64,000 nt of DNA from Prasinococcaceae sp. CCMP 1430 (Eukaryota > Plantae > Prasinodermophyta). A model generated the notes under the pieces. That model saw nothing but the letters and a program-made list of their open reading frames with translations, did not search any database and had not been told where the DNA came from. Below, piece after piece: positions 20,090 through 31,260 of the stretch. The DNA lies in the NCBI GenBank assembly GCA_013416795.1, contig RQSC01000017.1, forward strand, positions 80,650-144,649, in the 5' to 3' direction. A program made the position numbers and the translations under genes. Numbering within the stretch: the stretch's first letter is position 1; each line of letters starts with the position of its first letter.

Positions 20090-20747
20090 GATGAGAGTAG
20101 GGTGGGTGCTGTGTCGGTGCTGGGAGTGCACGGTGTGGCACGGCCCCGCGCACTTCTCCCTTTTATATCGGCGCGCGCGGCCGCCCCGCTCCGCACGCGC
20201 ACGCGCCGGATCGCCTCCAAAAGGGGGAGCCCCCCGCGCGCAAGGTAAAATCCCTATCAAACCCTTGGCCATCGCGGCCGGCCGTTAGGACGCCGGTCGC
20301 CCGGGCGATCCGTATCAAAATCGGTGCGCGCGCGCGGGCCCTCCCCCTTTTCACCGCGATCCGGCGCTGCGCAAAGGCGATCTCAGGTCAAGCGTGGCCG
20401 GGATCGGTGAGTGCATTTTGTTATGGATCGCGCGCGCGCGCTCGGAGCGAGCACAGCGCACGGGCGCACGCGCGCGCTGCAGCGCGGGATTCTACGGTGC
20501 GTGGTTTCTCAAAATATCAACACTACGTATGTCTTATGAATATTTAGCGTACTAAATAGCGTTTCAAAATCTTTGCGCGTGTTCACTACGCGCGCGCTCG
20601 AAATGCGCGGGCGTGGAAATGCGGCCCACCTTTTCCCTCCCAGCTGTGGCGCGCAGCGCACAGTGGCGCGCTGCGGCCGCAGGCGGAGCGCGCGCTTCGC
20701 GTGCCACACCGTGCACACTCCGCACACACCCACACCCAACACTCACC
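20090..20747. promoter_or_regulatory. Bidirectional H2A.X/H2B promoter
   Basis: TATAAAAG upstream of H2A (about 20160-20167, minus). Identical 16-mer GTGCCACACCGTGCAC 32-37 nt before both ATGs (20126-20141 minus, 20701-20716 plus). CGGATCGC copies at 20207, 20305 and 20356. Confidence 0.75.
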
Positions 20748-21098
20748 ATGGCTCCCAAGAAGGCTGACAAGAAGCCCGCCAAGAAGACCGTCAAGGGCGG
20801 CGCCAAGAAGGCGAAGAAGCCGACGGAGTCGTACAAGATCTACATCTACAAGGTGCTCAAGCAGGTGCACCCCGACACCGGCATCTCGTCCAAGGCCATG
20901 TCGATCATGAACTCGTTCATCAACGACATCTTCGAGAAGATCGCCACCGAGGCGTCCAAGCTCGCGGTCTACAACAAGAAGCCCACCATCACCTCGCGCG
21001 AGATCCAGACCGCCGTGCGCCTCATCCTCCCGGGTGAGCTCGCCAAGCACGCCGTGTCGGAGGGCACCAAGGCCGTCACCAAGTTCACCTCGGCCTAA
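20748..21098 (+). CDS. H2B: Histone H2B, intronless, 116 aa
   Basis: [39 protein letters not shown]. Confidence 0.98.
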   Translation: MAPKKADKKPAKKTVKGGAKKAKKPTESYKIYIYKVLKQVHPDTGISSKAMSIMNSFINDIFEKIATEASKLAVYNKKPTITSREIQTAVRLILPGELAKHAVSEGTKAVTKFTSA

Positions 21099-21103
21099 GC
21101 GCC

Positions 21104-21261
21104 NNNNNNNNNNNNNNNNNNNNNNNNNNNNNNNNNNNNNNNNNNNNNNNNNNNNNNNNNNNNNNNNNNNNNNNNNNNNNNNNNNNNNNNNNNNNNNNNN
21201 NNNNNNNNNNNNNNNNNNNNNNNNNNNNNNNNNNNNNNNNNNNNNNNNNNNNNNNNNNNNN
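21104..21261. other. Assembly gap (N run)
   Basis: Run of N. Confidence 1.
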
Positions 21262-21332
21262 GGCAGAGCTCAAAGCGGACCGACCAATACAACAGCACGC
21301 AGCGCCGCGCGCCCCTCCTCCTATCCGCCGCT

Positions 21333-22185
21333 CTAGCAGCCTGCCGGAGAGGCCGCACCGCGCACTGCACGTTCGGCCCCGCTCAGACGACGGCGGCGCC
21401 CAGGATTCGCGTAGACGACGAGATGGCACGGGGGGGGGCGAGCTGGAGGGGGGTGGTCGAAATGGCGTGGGATCACAGTAGCCGTCGCGGCGGTAGCAGC
21501 AGCCAACAGCAGCAGCGCACCTGTGAGCGCTTCCTCGAAGTCGCGTCGCCGGTCGTTCCTTGGACCGAAGAGCAACACGTCGCACGCGTAGCCTGCAGCG
21601 GGCGCCGCCGCTGCGCAGCCACGCACAGTCGCGCGGTCTGTGGACGCCCAGAGCGGCACGACGCTCACGTGCGGCAGCGCGCTGCCTGCCAAAGAGTGAT
21701 ATGGACATTGGCAAGGGCCACATCGAGGCCGTGCGCCGCAGTTGATGTCAGCGGCAGCCCGGACGCAGGCCCCGCGCGCGGGCGCGGAGGTGGGAGGCAA
21801 TGGGCTGGCACTCGCACGCACCGTGTGTCTCGCGCAGCGCAAGCGCGTTTGCTGCCGAGAAGTCCCATACAGCGGCGGCGCCCTGAAGCGCGTCGGGCTC
21901 TCGTCCCTCCCACGCGGGCGAGCCTGGCACCTCCATCTGTACCACCACGTACGGCGTCGGCGGCTCCGGCGGCCGCGCATCGCTGCCCGCGCCCATGAAG
22001 ACTATGTGGTGGCCACGGGCGGCGTCGCGGCTCGCGCACCGAGCGATCGAGCGCCGCAGCGCCGCGGCGTTGGCCGCGAAAACGCGCCGGCGCCGCGCAC
22101 GACCGGGGGCGCGCGGGCTGTGCCGCCGCCCTCCGCCTCCATCGCTCCGCCCCCGCCGCCAGTCCACGCCGCAACGCCCTCGCAC
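21333..22185 (-). CDS. Putative glycosyltransferase-like protein, spliced (intron 21821-21686); start and end uncertain
   Basis: Joining two ORF frames over a phase-1 GTGCGT..CAG intron gives YVVVQME..SPAW..L.GA.AVWDFSAANA..LRETH/GSALPHVSVVPLW..CDVLLFGPRNDRR, a pattern recalled from uncharacterised GT-B-like proteins. Confidence 0.45.
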
Positions 22186-22380
22186 ACCGCCCGCTCTGGC
22201 ACCCGTTTCGCGCCCTCCGCCCTCTCCCTGCGGCGCGGCTTGCTGCTATGAGTCGCTGAAAGACCGATTCACAAGCGGATGTGTGGTGGCGTTCACCGGT
22301 TCGACCGGATCGCGCGGGTGCCGCCCCCACCGGGGTCACAGGGCGCACGCGCCGCAGCCGGCGACCGCGTGCCCGCCAAG

Positions 22381-23415
22381 ATGGCGGCGCTCGGGCGAGG
22401 AGCGGCGCTATCGCCTTCCCTCTCAAGGGGTGCGGGTGCCGCACGGCGGGCTCGGCGGGCGCCTCGGGCAGCGCGCCGCTGCGCGATGGCGCTCCGCGGC
22501 GGTGGCGGCGATGGTGGGGTGCGCGAGCTTGTGGAGAAGGCAGCAGGCGAGGCCGTCGAGAGCGTGCAGCGTGTGGGATCGTCCGGCTGGTCCAGCCAGG
22601 CCACATACGCGCTCGAGTCGGGCCGTCGGCTCTTCGTGAAGACGAGTGGTGAGTCTGCGGACGGCATGTTCGCCGGCGAGGCCGCGTCGCTGCGGGCGAT
22701 GCGCCACGCCGCGCTGCAGGCGCCCGATGGGGCACCCGCGCTCGTCATCCCGGACGTGCTGCACTATGGCCCGACGCTGGACGCCGAGGGGATGCCCGCC
22801 CTGCGCGGCTCGTTGATCGTGATGGACCACCTCAACCTCGGCGCGCGCGGCTCGCAGGGCGAGCTCGGCGAGGCGCTCGCGCGCATGCACGCCGCAGAGC
22901 CGCTCGCGCCCGAGGCCGCCGCGGGGCAGTATGGCTTCCCCATGGACAACACCATCGGCGGCACGCCGCAGCCGAATGGCTGGATGGACGACTGGGTTGC
23001 TTTCTTTGCAGAGCGGCGCCTGCGTCACCAGTGCCGCCTCGCACGCGACCCGGAGCTCTCCAAGCTGGGCGACCTGGTTGCGAAACGCCTGCCGGAGCTC
23101 ATGGAGGGAGCCGAACTCCGACCGGCCACACTTCACGGGGACCTGTGGTCGGGCAACATCGGCGGCGTTGGCGGCAGCCCGAGCGTGTTTGACCCCGCCA
23201 CGTACTACGGCCACGCAGAGGCCGAGTTTGGCATGAGCTGGTGCGCCGGCTTCGGGCCGGACTTTTACGCGGGCTACTTCGGCGTGCTGCCAAAGCAGCC
23301 AGGGCACGACCAGCGGGCGACACTCTACGAAGCATACCACTACCTCAACCACTTCAACCTCTTTGGCGGCTCATACTACTCGGGCGCTGTCGACAGGCTG
23401 CGCCGCCTCGCCTAG
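22381..23415 (+). CDS. Fructosamine/ketosamine-3-kinase family protein with probable plastid transit peptide
   Basis: LFVKT..MFAGEAASL, GFPMDNTIGGTPQPN, LHGDLWSGN, FDPATYYGHAEAEF, YHYLNHFNLFG. Confidence 0.95.
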   Translation: MAALGRGAALSPSLSRGAGAARRARRAPRAARRCAMALRGGGGDGGVRELVEKAAGEAVESVQRVGSSGWSSQATYALESGRRLFVKTSGESADGMFAGEAASLRAMRHAALQAPDGAPALVIPDVLHYGPTLDAEGMPALRGSLIVMDHLNLGARGSQGELGEALARMHAAEPLAPEAAAGQYGFPMDNTIGGTPQPNGWMDDWVAFFAERRLRHQCRLARDPELSKLGDLVAKRLPELMEGAELRPATLHGDLWSGNIGGVGGSPSVFDPATYYGHAEAEFGMSWCAGFGPDFYAGYFGVLPKQPGHDQRATLYEAYHYLNHFNLFGGSYYSGAVDRLRRLA

Positions 23416-23465
23416 TATTGTACACTTTCTTACAGCGCACGCACGGCATTCACGCGCAGTGTCGC

Positions 23466-25221
23466 TCACGCGCCGCCGGCCTCGAGCGAGTCATGTCGCC
23501 TTGCCACGTACACGGCGATGGCCCCAGGCCGCTCGCGCTCAATGCCGAAGTGCGCGTTGAACACGCTCGCGCGACGTTCGTAGCCTGCGAGGCTCAGCCA
23601 CGGCCGCACATTGGCCTCGACGATGTCTGGCACCACAAACGCCGAGGGCAGGGGCTTCCTGGGGTGCCAAAGTACCCTCGCGAGCCAGCTCGCCGGCGCG
23701 GCACCGTACTGCCCGGGCACATGTGGGCGTCGTCGCGGGGTCAGCGCCAGGACGCGACAACAGCGCAGGCGCGACAAAGCAGTCGTCGCGCTCAAAGGGC
23801 GTCCACGTAGGATGCGCAGCTCGCGGACGCGCGCGGGTGGGCTCCTCCGTCCATCCCGTCTCTCGCACCTCGTTCTCCATGTAGCGCTCCGGCGCCTCGA
23901 AGAATCGGTCGTCCTCGTGCGGCCTTGCGCTCGTGGGCGCGCAGTCCAGCACCCTCCATGCCACGCCCTCTGCGTGCACGTGGGCCAGCCCGGGGGATGA
24001 GTAACATGCCGTCAGAAAGTGCACGCCCCCCGGTAGCTCGCCGGCGTGCGCCATAGGTGCGAGTACGTCGGTCACCACGCGCGTCTGTCCCGACTGGTGC
24101 ACGCTACCAAGGTACAGCGCCAGCGCGGCATTGGACAGCGCCACCGCTGCGACCATCGACGACAGCGCACGCCCACCCCGGGCGCGCGCCACCGACTCCA
24201 TGCCGACCCCTGCGAGCACGCAGAGCGCAGGCATGAGGGGCTGTACGAAGCGCACCTCCTTGTGCGCGCACAGCGAGAGCGCGGCGAGTGGGGCGAACAC
24301 CAGCGCAAGTAGCCGACGGCGCGCGCGCAGGGGGCACGCGCGCACGCCGGCCGCCGCGAGCGGCGCCAATGTGAAGAGGGCCTGCGGCAGCCCCGATGTG
24401 GCGTACCAGTGCCAGCCGTGCGTGCCGAAGGCGCTGGCGCCGCCCGAGAGCAGGTTGAAGCGCACGAAGGCCAGCGGCGCGAAGCACGGGAAGCGGCCGT
24501 ACAATGCGCTGTCGAGCGCGACCAGCACGCACGCAGTCACGAGCGCGGCCGCGCACGCGTCTTGCACCGCACGTGCGCGCTGGCCGCGTAAAGACGTCAA
24601 GTAGGCAACCCACGCCGGGAGCACCGCCACCGCAGCCGTCGGCCGCACCGCGCAGGCCACCGCTGCGAACGCGAGCCCCTGCGCGTGCCGGCGCGTGGCG
24701 AACGACGCAGCCGCGAGCGCGCACAGTGGCGCCTCGGCCGACCCGGCGAGCGAGCGCGAGCCTGCGTACGCCTGCATCCACGACAGGAGACTCGCAAGCG
24801 TTGCAAGGTCACCCGCGATGCACTTCGCACCGCCACCGAGGTGCGCATCCGCCAGCGCGCCTGCGGCGACGTCGCTGGCAGCTGCAGCCCCGGCGAACAG
24901 CAGCCGCGGTGCGAGGCGCACCACCAGCGGCGCGTCAAGGTGAAGCAGGCTCAGCGCGCGGTAGACGGCGGCGAGAGGCAGCACGAATGCGTGCGAGCGC
25001 AACGCGACGTCCGGGCGCCACTCCCACGTCGGCTCCGTGCCGTAGCCGAAGGCCAGCCTGTGCGCCGGCTCCGCCGCCTGCCAGTACTCATCCGGGGCGA
25101 ATGCCGCGGACGCGCACGCCCATGCGCACCCCGCGCGCAGCGTGTACAGCGCGAGGCACGCCGCAGGCGTAGGGGATCGCAGCCAACGCAGCCAGCGCAG
25201 GGCGTTGCGCCCATCGGCCAT
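23466..25221 (-). CDS. PIGB: GPI mannosyltransferase 3 (PIG-B/Gpi10), 2 exons (25221-23869, 23708-23466)
   Basis: FAPDEYWQAAEPAH, TWEW...LRS, HGWHWYATSGLP, HKEVRF, FLTACYSSPG, LDCAP. C-terminal exon LPSAFVV..YERRASVFNAHF joins by a phase-0 intron. Confidence 0.9.
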
Positions 25222-25338
25222 GCCGCCGCCGTGACACGCGTCGCCGCCGCGGCGCAGTGTGGCGCTAGAAGCGGCTCGCCAGGCAGAGACGTGCATTTTT
25301 TTTTTTTACTCCGTGCAAGTGTCGATCCCGCTACCCGG

Positions 25339-26350
25339 CTATGGGTCGCGCCCAAGCGCGGCTGCGGAGCACTCCCTCACGCGCGCGCAGAGCGCGGCGC
25401 GCGCGGCTAGGGCTGCGACTGCCTCATCGTCTGCATTGCTCGCTCCCGCAGTGCCCGCCTCCTCGAGCGCCGCGCCGCCCGCGCCCGCCCACGCGTCGAG
25501 CGCAGCAGCCTGCAGCGCGCGGCCGTACGAGAACGACAGCGACCACGGCTTGGGGCCAGGGAGGCGCGCGATCTCGCGCAGGTAGGACGTCGCGAGCTCG
25601 TCGCTCAGGCCACCCGACAGGAAGAGCACGGCGGGCACCGCGGGCGGCAGCGTGCGCTGCAGCGCGCGCAGCGTCAGCCGCGCGACCTCTTCTCGTTCTG
25701 CCAGCGTCGGCTGCTTGGCGTTGGGCGCCGACGTGCCCGGCGCGCAGAACGCGGGCTTCAGCACGATGCCCTCCATTGCCACGCCCTCAGCGTGCAGCGC
25801 GGCCACCACCTGGCTGAGCGTCGCTTCAAGCGCTGCAGCTGCCGTCTCGGCGTCGTGCTCGCCATCCATGAGAAGCTCCGGCTCGACGATCGGGCAGAGA
25901 CCCGCGGCCTGAGCGGCGGCTGCGTATCGCGCGAGCGCGCGCGCGTTGGCGCCGATGGCAGCGGCCGAGGGCGGTGTGCACAGCGCGGCTCGCCACTTGG
26001 CGAATCGGCATCCCGCCGCCGCGCCTGCGGCGCACCGAGCAGAGACGCTGTCGAGCCCCTTGGTGAGCGTCTCCTTGCTGCCGGCTGCGGCGAGCAGGTC
26101 GAGGGGGCCGAGGCCCACGTCGACCTTGATGCCTGGAAGGATGCCCGCGTCCGCGAGGCGCTTCACGAGCGGCACCCCCTCCCTGTCGTCCTGCGCCACG
26201 GTCTCCTCGTGAAGGATGACCCCGGCGACGCCAGCCTCCGCGAGCGCGGCGGCGTCCCCGAGGGCCGCGCGCCGCCACGCCGCGCGCCTCCGCGCAGGCC
26301 GCCGCCGCGAGCGCCGCCGCCCGCCGCGCTGCCGAATCCAGACCCTCCAT
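25339..26350 (-). pseudogene. FBA: Class I fructose-bisphosphate aldolase, divergent, with apparent frameshifting N-terminal deletion (pseudogene or assembly error)
   Basis: GVILHEET, GIKVD, FAKWR, PIVEPE, VLKP, FLSGG and SFSYGRALQ present. ATG 26350 opens a different frame, and the AADES..GKRL..NRR segment is absent. Confidence 0.6.
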
Positions 26351-27148
26351 CTCTCCACCCAAAGAGGAGCTGACTGAAGCGGAGAGGGGGGTGAAGGGGG
26401 GAAGCGACAGAGGTGTGGCGCCCGCGCCCGCGCGCGCCCCCCCCCCCCCCTCGTCCCCCCCGGTTGCGTCATCTTATCCAATCGCCGGCCTGCGCGCGCC
26501 CGCCACGCGCCGCCCGCCGCGCACGGATCCGAGGATTCCCATCCGATTACCGCTCACGCCCCCACGACAGGAATCGCGATCGCCCCGCGTGCCCACCGGC
26601 GTGACCGGGCCGGCGATCGAAAAGATGCCGTCGACGGGCGGACGAGAACGAAACGACGGCATGCGGCTGTGGCACGTGCCGTGTGACGTCCACCGACCAA
26701 GTTGCACCAACCAACCACCCGAAGCTCATTGAACGAGACATCGATGGGATGCATGGATGGACTTCGGTCGGGAAAAAGTCATGCTTCGCTTCGTCGGTGC
26801 GTTGCTAACCCTATCAAAACCCTAAACCCCAGCCCCGAATGCGAAGTCCCCCCTGCGTTCAGCAGGGGTGTTGCACCGCGGCTCTATCCGCCCCGAGCCC
26901 CGGCAGCGCGCGCGCGCGCCCACTGCCACAGCTTCTGCAACAAGCGCTGGCAACCACGTAGTACATTCATGAGGGCGGGCGGGGGCGGCTCGGGGGGGGC
27001 GCGCTCGCGTCGCTGGCGTGCGCGGCGGTCCGGCTGACCTAGGGAGTCCAACGCGCTCTCTCTCCTCCCCTCCTGGACCCACTCGCCCCGATGCACCTGC
27101 ACACCGCCCTTGCGCCCTCGCCTGCACCGCGACCGTCGCCCTTCGCAG

Positions 27149-28509
27149 CAAACACCCCGTGCTGCTCGCCGGCATGAACGTCGCTGCAGGCCCCAAGCTC
27201 GCCGCGGCGGTCACCAATGCGGGCGGCATGGGCGTCATCGGCGGCGTTGGCTACACGCCCGAGCAGCTCCAGCAGAACATCGACGACCTGAAGGCGCAGC
27301 TCGAGGACAAGAACGCGCCCTTTGGCGTCGACCTGTTGCTGCCCAAGGTCGGCGACGGCGCTCGTGCCACCAACTACGACTGTGCGTGTGCGAGCGCCGC
27401 GCGCCCGAAGCCGCGCGCTGCTTCGCGCCGCTCGAGACGCGCCCAGCCTCCCTTGGTCGCCTTTGCTGACGCAGCCCGCGTGATCTACGCCCGTCCCTGC
27501 TGGCGGTGGCCGCTACAGACACCAAGGGGTCGCTCAATGAGCTCATCGACGTCATCATCAAGTCCAAGGCGAGCCTCTTCGTGTGCGCCGTGGGCGTGCC
27601 CCCCAAGGCCGTCGTCGACAAGCTGCACGCCGCGGGCATCCCGGTCATGAACATGGTCGGCGCCGTCAAACACGTCAAGTATGCGCTCGACGTCGGTGCG
27701 GACATTATCTGCGCGCAGGTGAGCACGCTCGCGGCCGGCCGCTGCGCCTGCGCCCGCGCACGCGTCTTCACCATCGCCACGCTCTCTCTTCCTCTCTGTC
27801 TCCGCCCCCTGTGTCCGCATCGGGCGTTCGCGCCTCGCGATCGACGCCCGTACTGACCCGAGCCGCCCTGTCGTATTTTCACGCGCGTCTTCGGTGCGCC
27901 CAGGGTGGCGAGGGAGGCGGTCACACTGGCGCGACGCCGACCTCCATCCTCATCCCGAGGGTCCTCGACGCGGTCAAGGGCCGGACCAGCCCGCTCACCG
28001 GCGGCCCGGTCAGCGTGGTCGCCGCCGGTGGCATCTTTGACAGCCGCGGCCTCGCCATGTCGCTTGCGATGGGCGCGGAGGCGGTGTGGGTGGGGACCCG
28101 CTTCGTCGCGGCGGAGGAGGCAGGCGCCCCCCCGCGCCATAAGAAAGGCGTGGTCGCCGCTGGATACGACGACACGCATCGCACGCTCATCTACACAGGC
28201 CGTCCGCTGCGCATCATCAAGAACAAGTACTCGATGGACTGGGAGACGAACCGCTCCAAGGAGTGCGCGGAGGTGTGTGCACAAGGCAAGCTGCCTTTCG
28301 AGTACGACGCCGAGAAGCGTGAGAAGGACGGCAAGCCCTTCGGCGGCAAGGAGTACATCGAGGCGATGCCGCTGCTATGCGGTGCCGTCGCCGGCGCCAT
28401 TGATGAGGTGCTGCCCGCCAAGACCATCGTCGATGAGATGGTCGATGGCGCCGCAGCGCTGCTCAGCAAGACGCAGGCTGTGGTCGTGGCGCCGCGGGCG
28501 CGCATGTGA
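27149..28509 (+). CDS. Nitronate monooxygenase / 2-nitropropane dioxygenase family; exons 27149-27381, 27519-27718, 27904-28509; first exon not located
   Basis: KHPVLLAGMN..AVTNAGGMGVIGG, PFGVDLLLP, QGGEGGGHTG, VAAGGI.D.RGLA..LAMGA..VWVGTRF. Confidence 0.9.
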
Positions 28510-28658
28510 GAGGTGTACTGTGTGTACACGAGGAGAGAGCGCACTGCCCACGCGCGGATTGGAAGCTGTAACAGATCGATTGCACTCCTGGCGCCGTCGC
28601 GAGCGCCACGATGCGCGGCGGCGAGGCGTATTTATGTTATGTATTTGTTACGGGCAAA

Positions 28659-28961
28659 TTACTTCGACGCCTTCTTGGCCTGGCCAGTCTGGAAGCCGTT
28701 CTTGAAGCGCCTCGCCATGGTCTTGAGGTGACGCATCCGGCCGGTGCCGGTGGTCGTGCGGCGCTGCGCCTTGGCCTCGTGGCCGTAGAACAGCGAGCCA
28801 GCACCCGGACCCTGCGTCCTTTTGCGCGCCGACGGGTAGCCACACGCAGCGCACTTGCCCTTCTGGATGTGGAACGCGCGGCGGCCGCAGCGCACGCACA
28901 GGGTGTGCGACTTGTTGCGGCGCTTACCGAAGGAACCGGTACCCTTGCCGGCCTTGCCCAT
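28659..28961 (-). CDS. RPL37: 60S ribosomal protein eL37 with internal insertion
   Basis: [49 protein letters not shown]. Confidence 0.95.
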   Translation of the reverse strand: MGKAGKGTGSFGKRRNKSHTLCVRCGRRAFHIQKGKCAACGYPSARKRTQGPGAGSLFYGHEAKAQRRTTTGTGRMRHLKTMARRFKNGFQTGQAKKASK

Positions 28962-30206
28962 GACTGTGGTGGGCGGGAGCAGCACAGGAGGAGTGAAAGA
29001 TCGGTCAGCACAGCCACGCATGGGGCGGCGGCGGCATCCCTCGCGTCGCGCGCTCCGCGGCCTCAGCTGGTGGCCCAAAGCTCAGGCTGGCGCAGCAGCG
29101 CCCCGCTGCGCACTCCCAGGCGGCTCCAAGCGCACGAATGCAGTTGACACCGCCTGGCAAGTCGCGGGCGGGCGGGGCGCCTCACACAGCGCGCCTGCAG
29201 CACGGCACGTGCCGCCCCGTCGCGCGGGCCGAGATCGACCGCGCCACGTTCTGCCCTGCGCCCCCCCCCCGCCGGCGGCGGCTGCGCCACTGCAAGCAAA
29301 AGCGCAATGCCCTAAAGACACGCACAGGGCCACCGCCTGCGCGCGCTGCGCGGGCCGCGCAGCGAGGGGTGGGGGGGCAGGTCGGGAACACGCGGTCGCG
29401 GAGGACGCGATCCTCCTCGCGCGTCGCCCCGCCGCCCCCATCGTCCTCGCCGCCGCCCGCGAGCAGCGCGCAGCGTGCAGCGCGCAGCGCAGCCGCCACA
29501 GCGCCGCCCGAGATGGCTTTTCCCAATGCTTTTTTTTCGGCGGCGGCTCGCGCGCGCGCGCGGCACCAAGAGGGGCACCACCGCGCCGCGCGCCCGCACG
29601 ACGGCGCGCTCTGCTCTCCCCTTCCCCTCCGCGCCGCCCCGTACCTGCTGGTGGGGTGCGTCGCGCGCGCCAACTGTGGCGCCCCCGGCGCGCGCGCGCG
29701 CGACTGCGCGCGCGCCAACCCTCGCTCATCGCGCGGCCGCGCCGGCGCGCGATTCAATCCCGCCGTTTGATTCCACACATCAACAGGCATTCATAATTCA
29801 CGCCATGCCCTGCAGATCATACCGCGAAACGCACGTGCTCTTTGACGTGCGGGCGATCTCGACGTCACGGCGCTTTGGATTTTTTTTTTTTTATACACCG
29901 CTTGCAGCGCCTTGCACCGTCGTGTGCTCCTGTTTTTGATTGGAATGCTCTGGCAGCGAGTGCATGCATCGGGACGTCCAACATTTACATCCGGGCGCCA
30001 CGAGATGCTTTTTGATGGCGGCGCTGCCCAGGACGGGCGCGCTCGCGCTCGCACGCCGCGCGTCGCGAGCGGATTCCGCGCGCCGCGCGACGCGCTGGCG
30101 GGGCAGAACGCACTGCGTTTCGGGGGTCGAGGATTCCATGTGTGGTTGGTATATCCTTGTTGTCTGCGGTATCATTTGGAATCCACATCTTATCTTGCGT
30201 GTGCAG

Positions 30207-31021
30207 CGCGCGGGGGTCTCGGGCGCACGAGCGAGACGGCTTGGTGCGGCGCCACAGCGCGCCCCCGGTGGCGGCGCGCGGTGCGCCGGTCATGGCGCCC
30301 CGCGCGAGGCCGGGCGCGCCGCGCGCGCGTCGACGCGCTGCCGGGCAAGCCGCTGCGCGAGCAGGGCGACGACGAGGGGCTCGAGCTGCCCGAGGGCGTG
30401 GTGGAGGCGGAATTCAAGGACGGCGGCGAGGTTTCGGGCGAGTCGGGAAGCGATGTCGAGGACCCGACGGTCGCGGGCGCCGCCGGCCCGGCGCAGGCTG
30501 AGCCCGCGAGCGGGGTGCAAGCCAAGGTGCAGGCGGTGTTGGAAGAGGTTAAGCTCATCGAGTGGCCCTCGCCAGGGCAGGTGGCCTCCTCCACGGCTGT
30601 GGTCTTCGGCGTGCTCATCACAACGAGCTTGGCCATGCTCGGTGTCAACTATGGTCTGAGCTCCGTCGCGAACGCTCTATTCGAGGGCGGCAGGTGCGCT
30701 GCGCGCGCCCGCGCGTGCCGCGCGTCGCGATGCGCCGCGCCTGGGCACACACACGCGCTGCGCGCTCTCGAGCGCGAGCCCCGCGCCTGCGCGCGTAGGC
30801 GCTGACTCCCGAGTTCCGCGCTCACTAACCGACGACGCTCGCAGCCCCAGCGACAGCAGCGGCAACGAGGCGCCCGTTCGCGAGTCGCCGGCAGCCAAGG
30901 CAAAGCGTGTGGAGCAGGAGGCGGAGCGGCTGGGGCTTGCAGATGCTGCCGACGATGCTGCAGGTACCGCGGCGCCGCCCGTCGTGATTGACGCGGAGAG
31001 CGCCTTTCCCGACACCTTGTA
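30207..31021 (+). CDS. SECE1: Plastid preprotein translocase SecE; intron 30694-30844; 5' exon uncertain (candidate ATGs 30005 and 30015)
   Basis: VLEEVKLIEWPSPGQVASSTAVVFGV..VNYGL SecE motif followed by a TM helix. Terminal exon ends at TAA 31021. Confidence 0.75.
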
Positions 31022-31260
31022 ATGATAGCGCCGTCAGCCTGGAGCGGGTTAGCAACTAAGAGGATGTGAGACGGGCCATTTATAGGAATGCGTCCATGCA
31101 CTCGCGCGGCGTGTAGACGGAACGCGAGGTCGTGCTTACGGACGCTACGCGGGCGATCGTGCGCGCGCGGGCGCACGGCTGCTACTGCTGCTGCGGCGGG
31201 AGCGGCCTTTCGACGCCATCAGTCAATGCGTGCGTCTCTTTGAGTAGCTGAGCGCATCGC

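Noticed and set aside
28777-28811. Mini-intron explaining the RPL37 insertion
   Set aside because: The GT..AG interval is 35 nt, shifts the frame and does not restore YNW.
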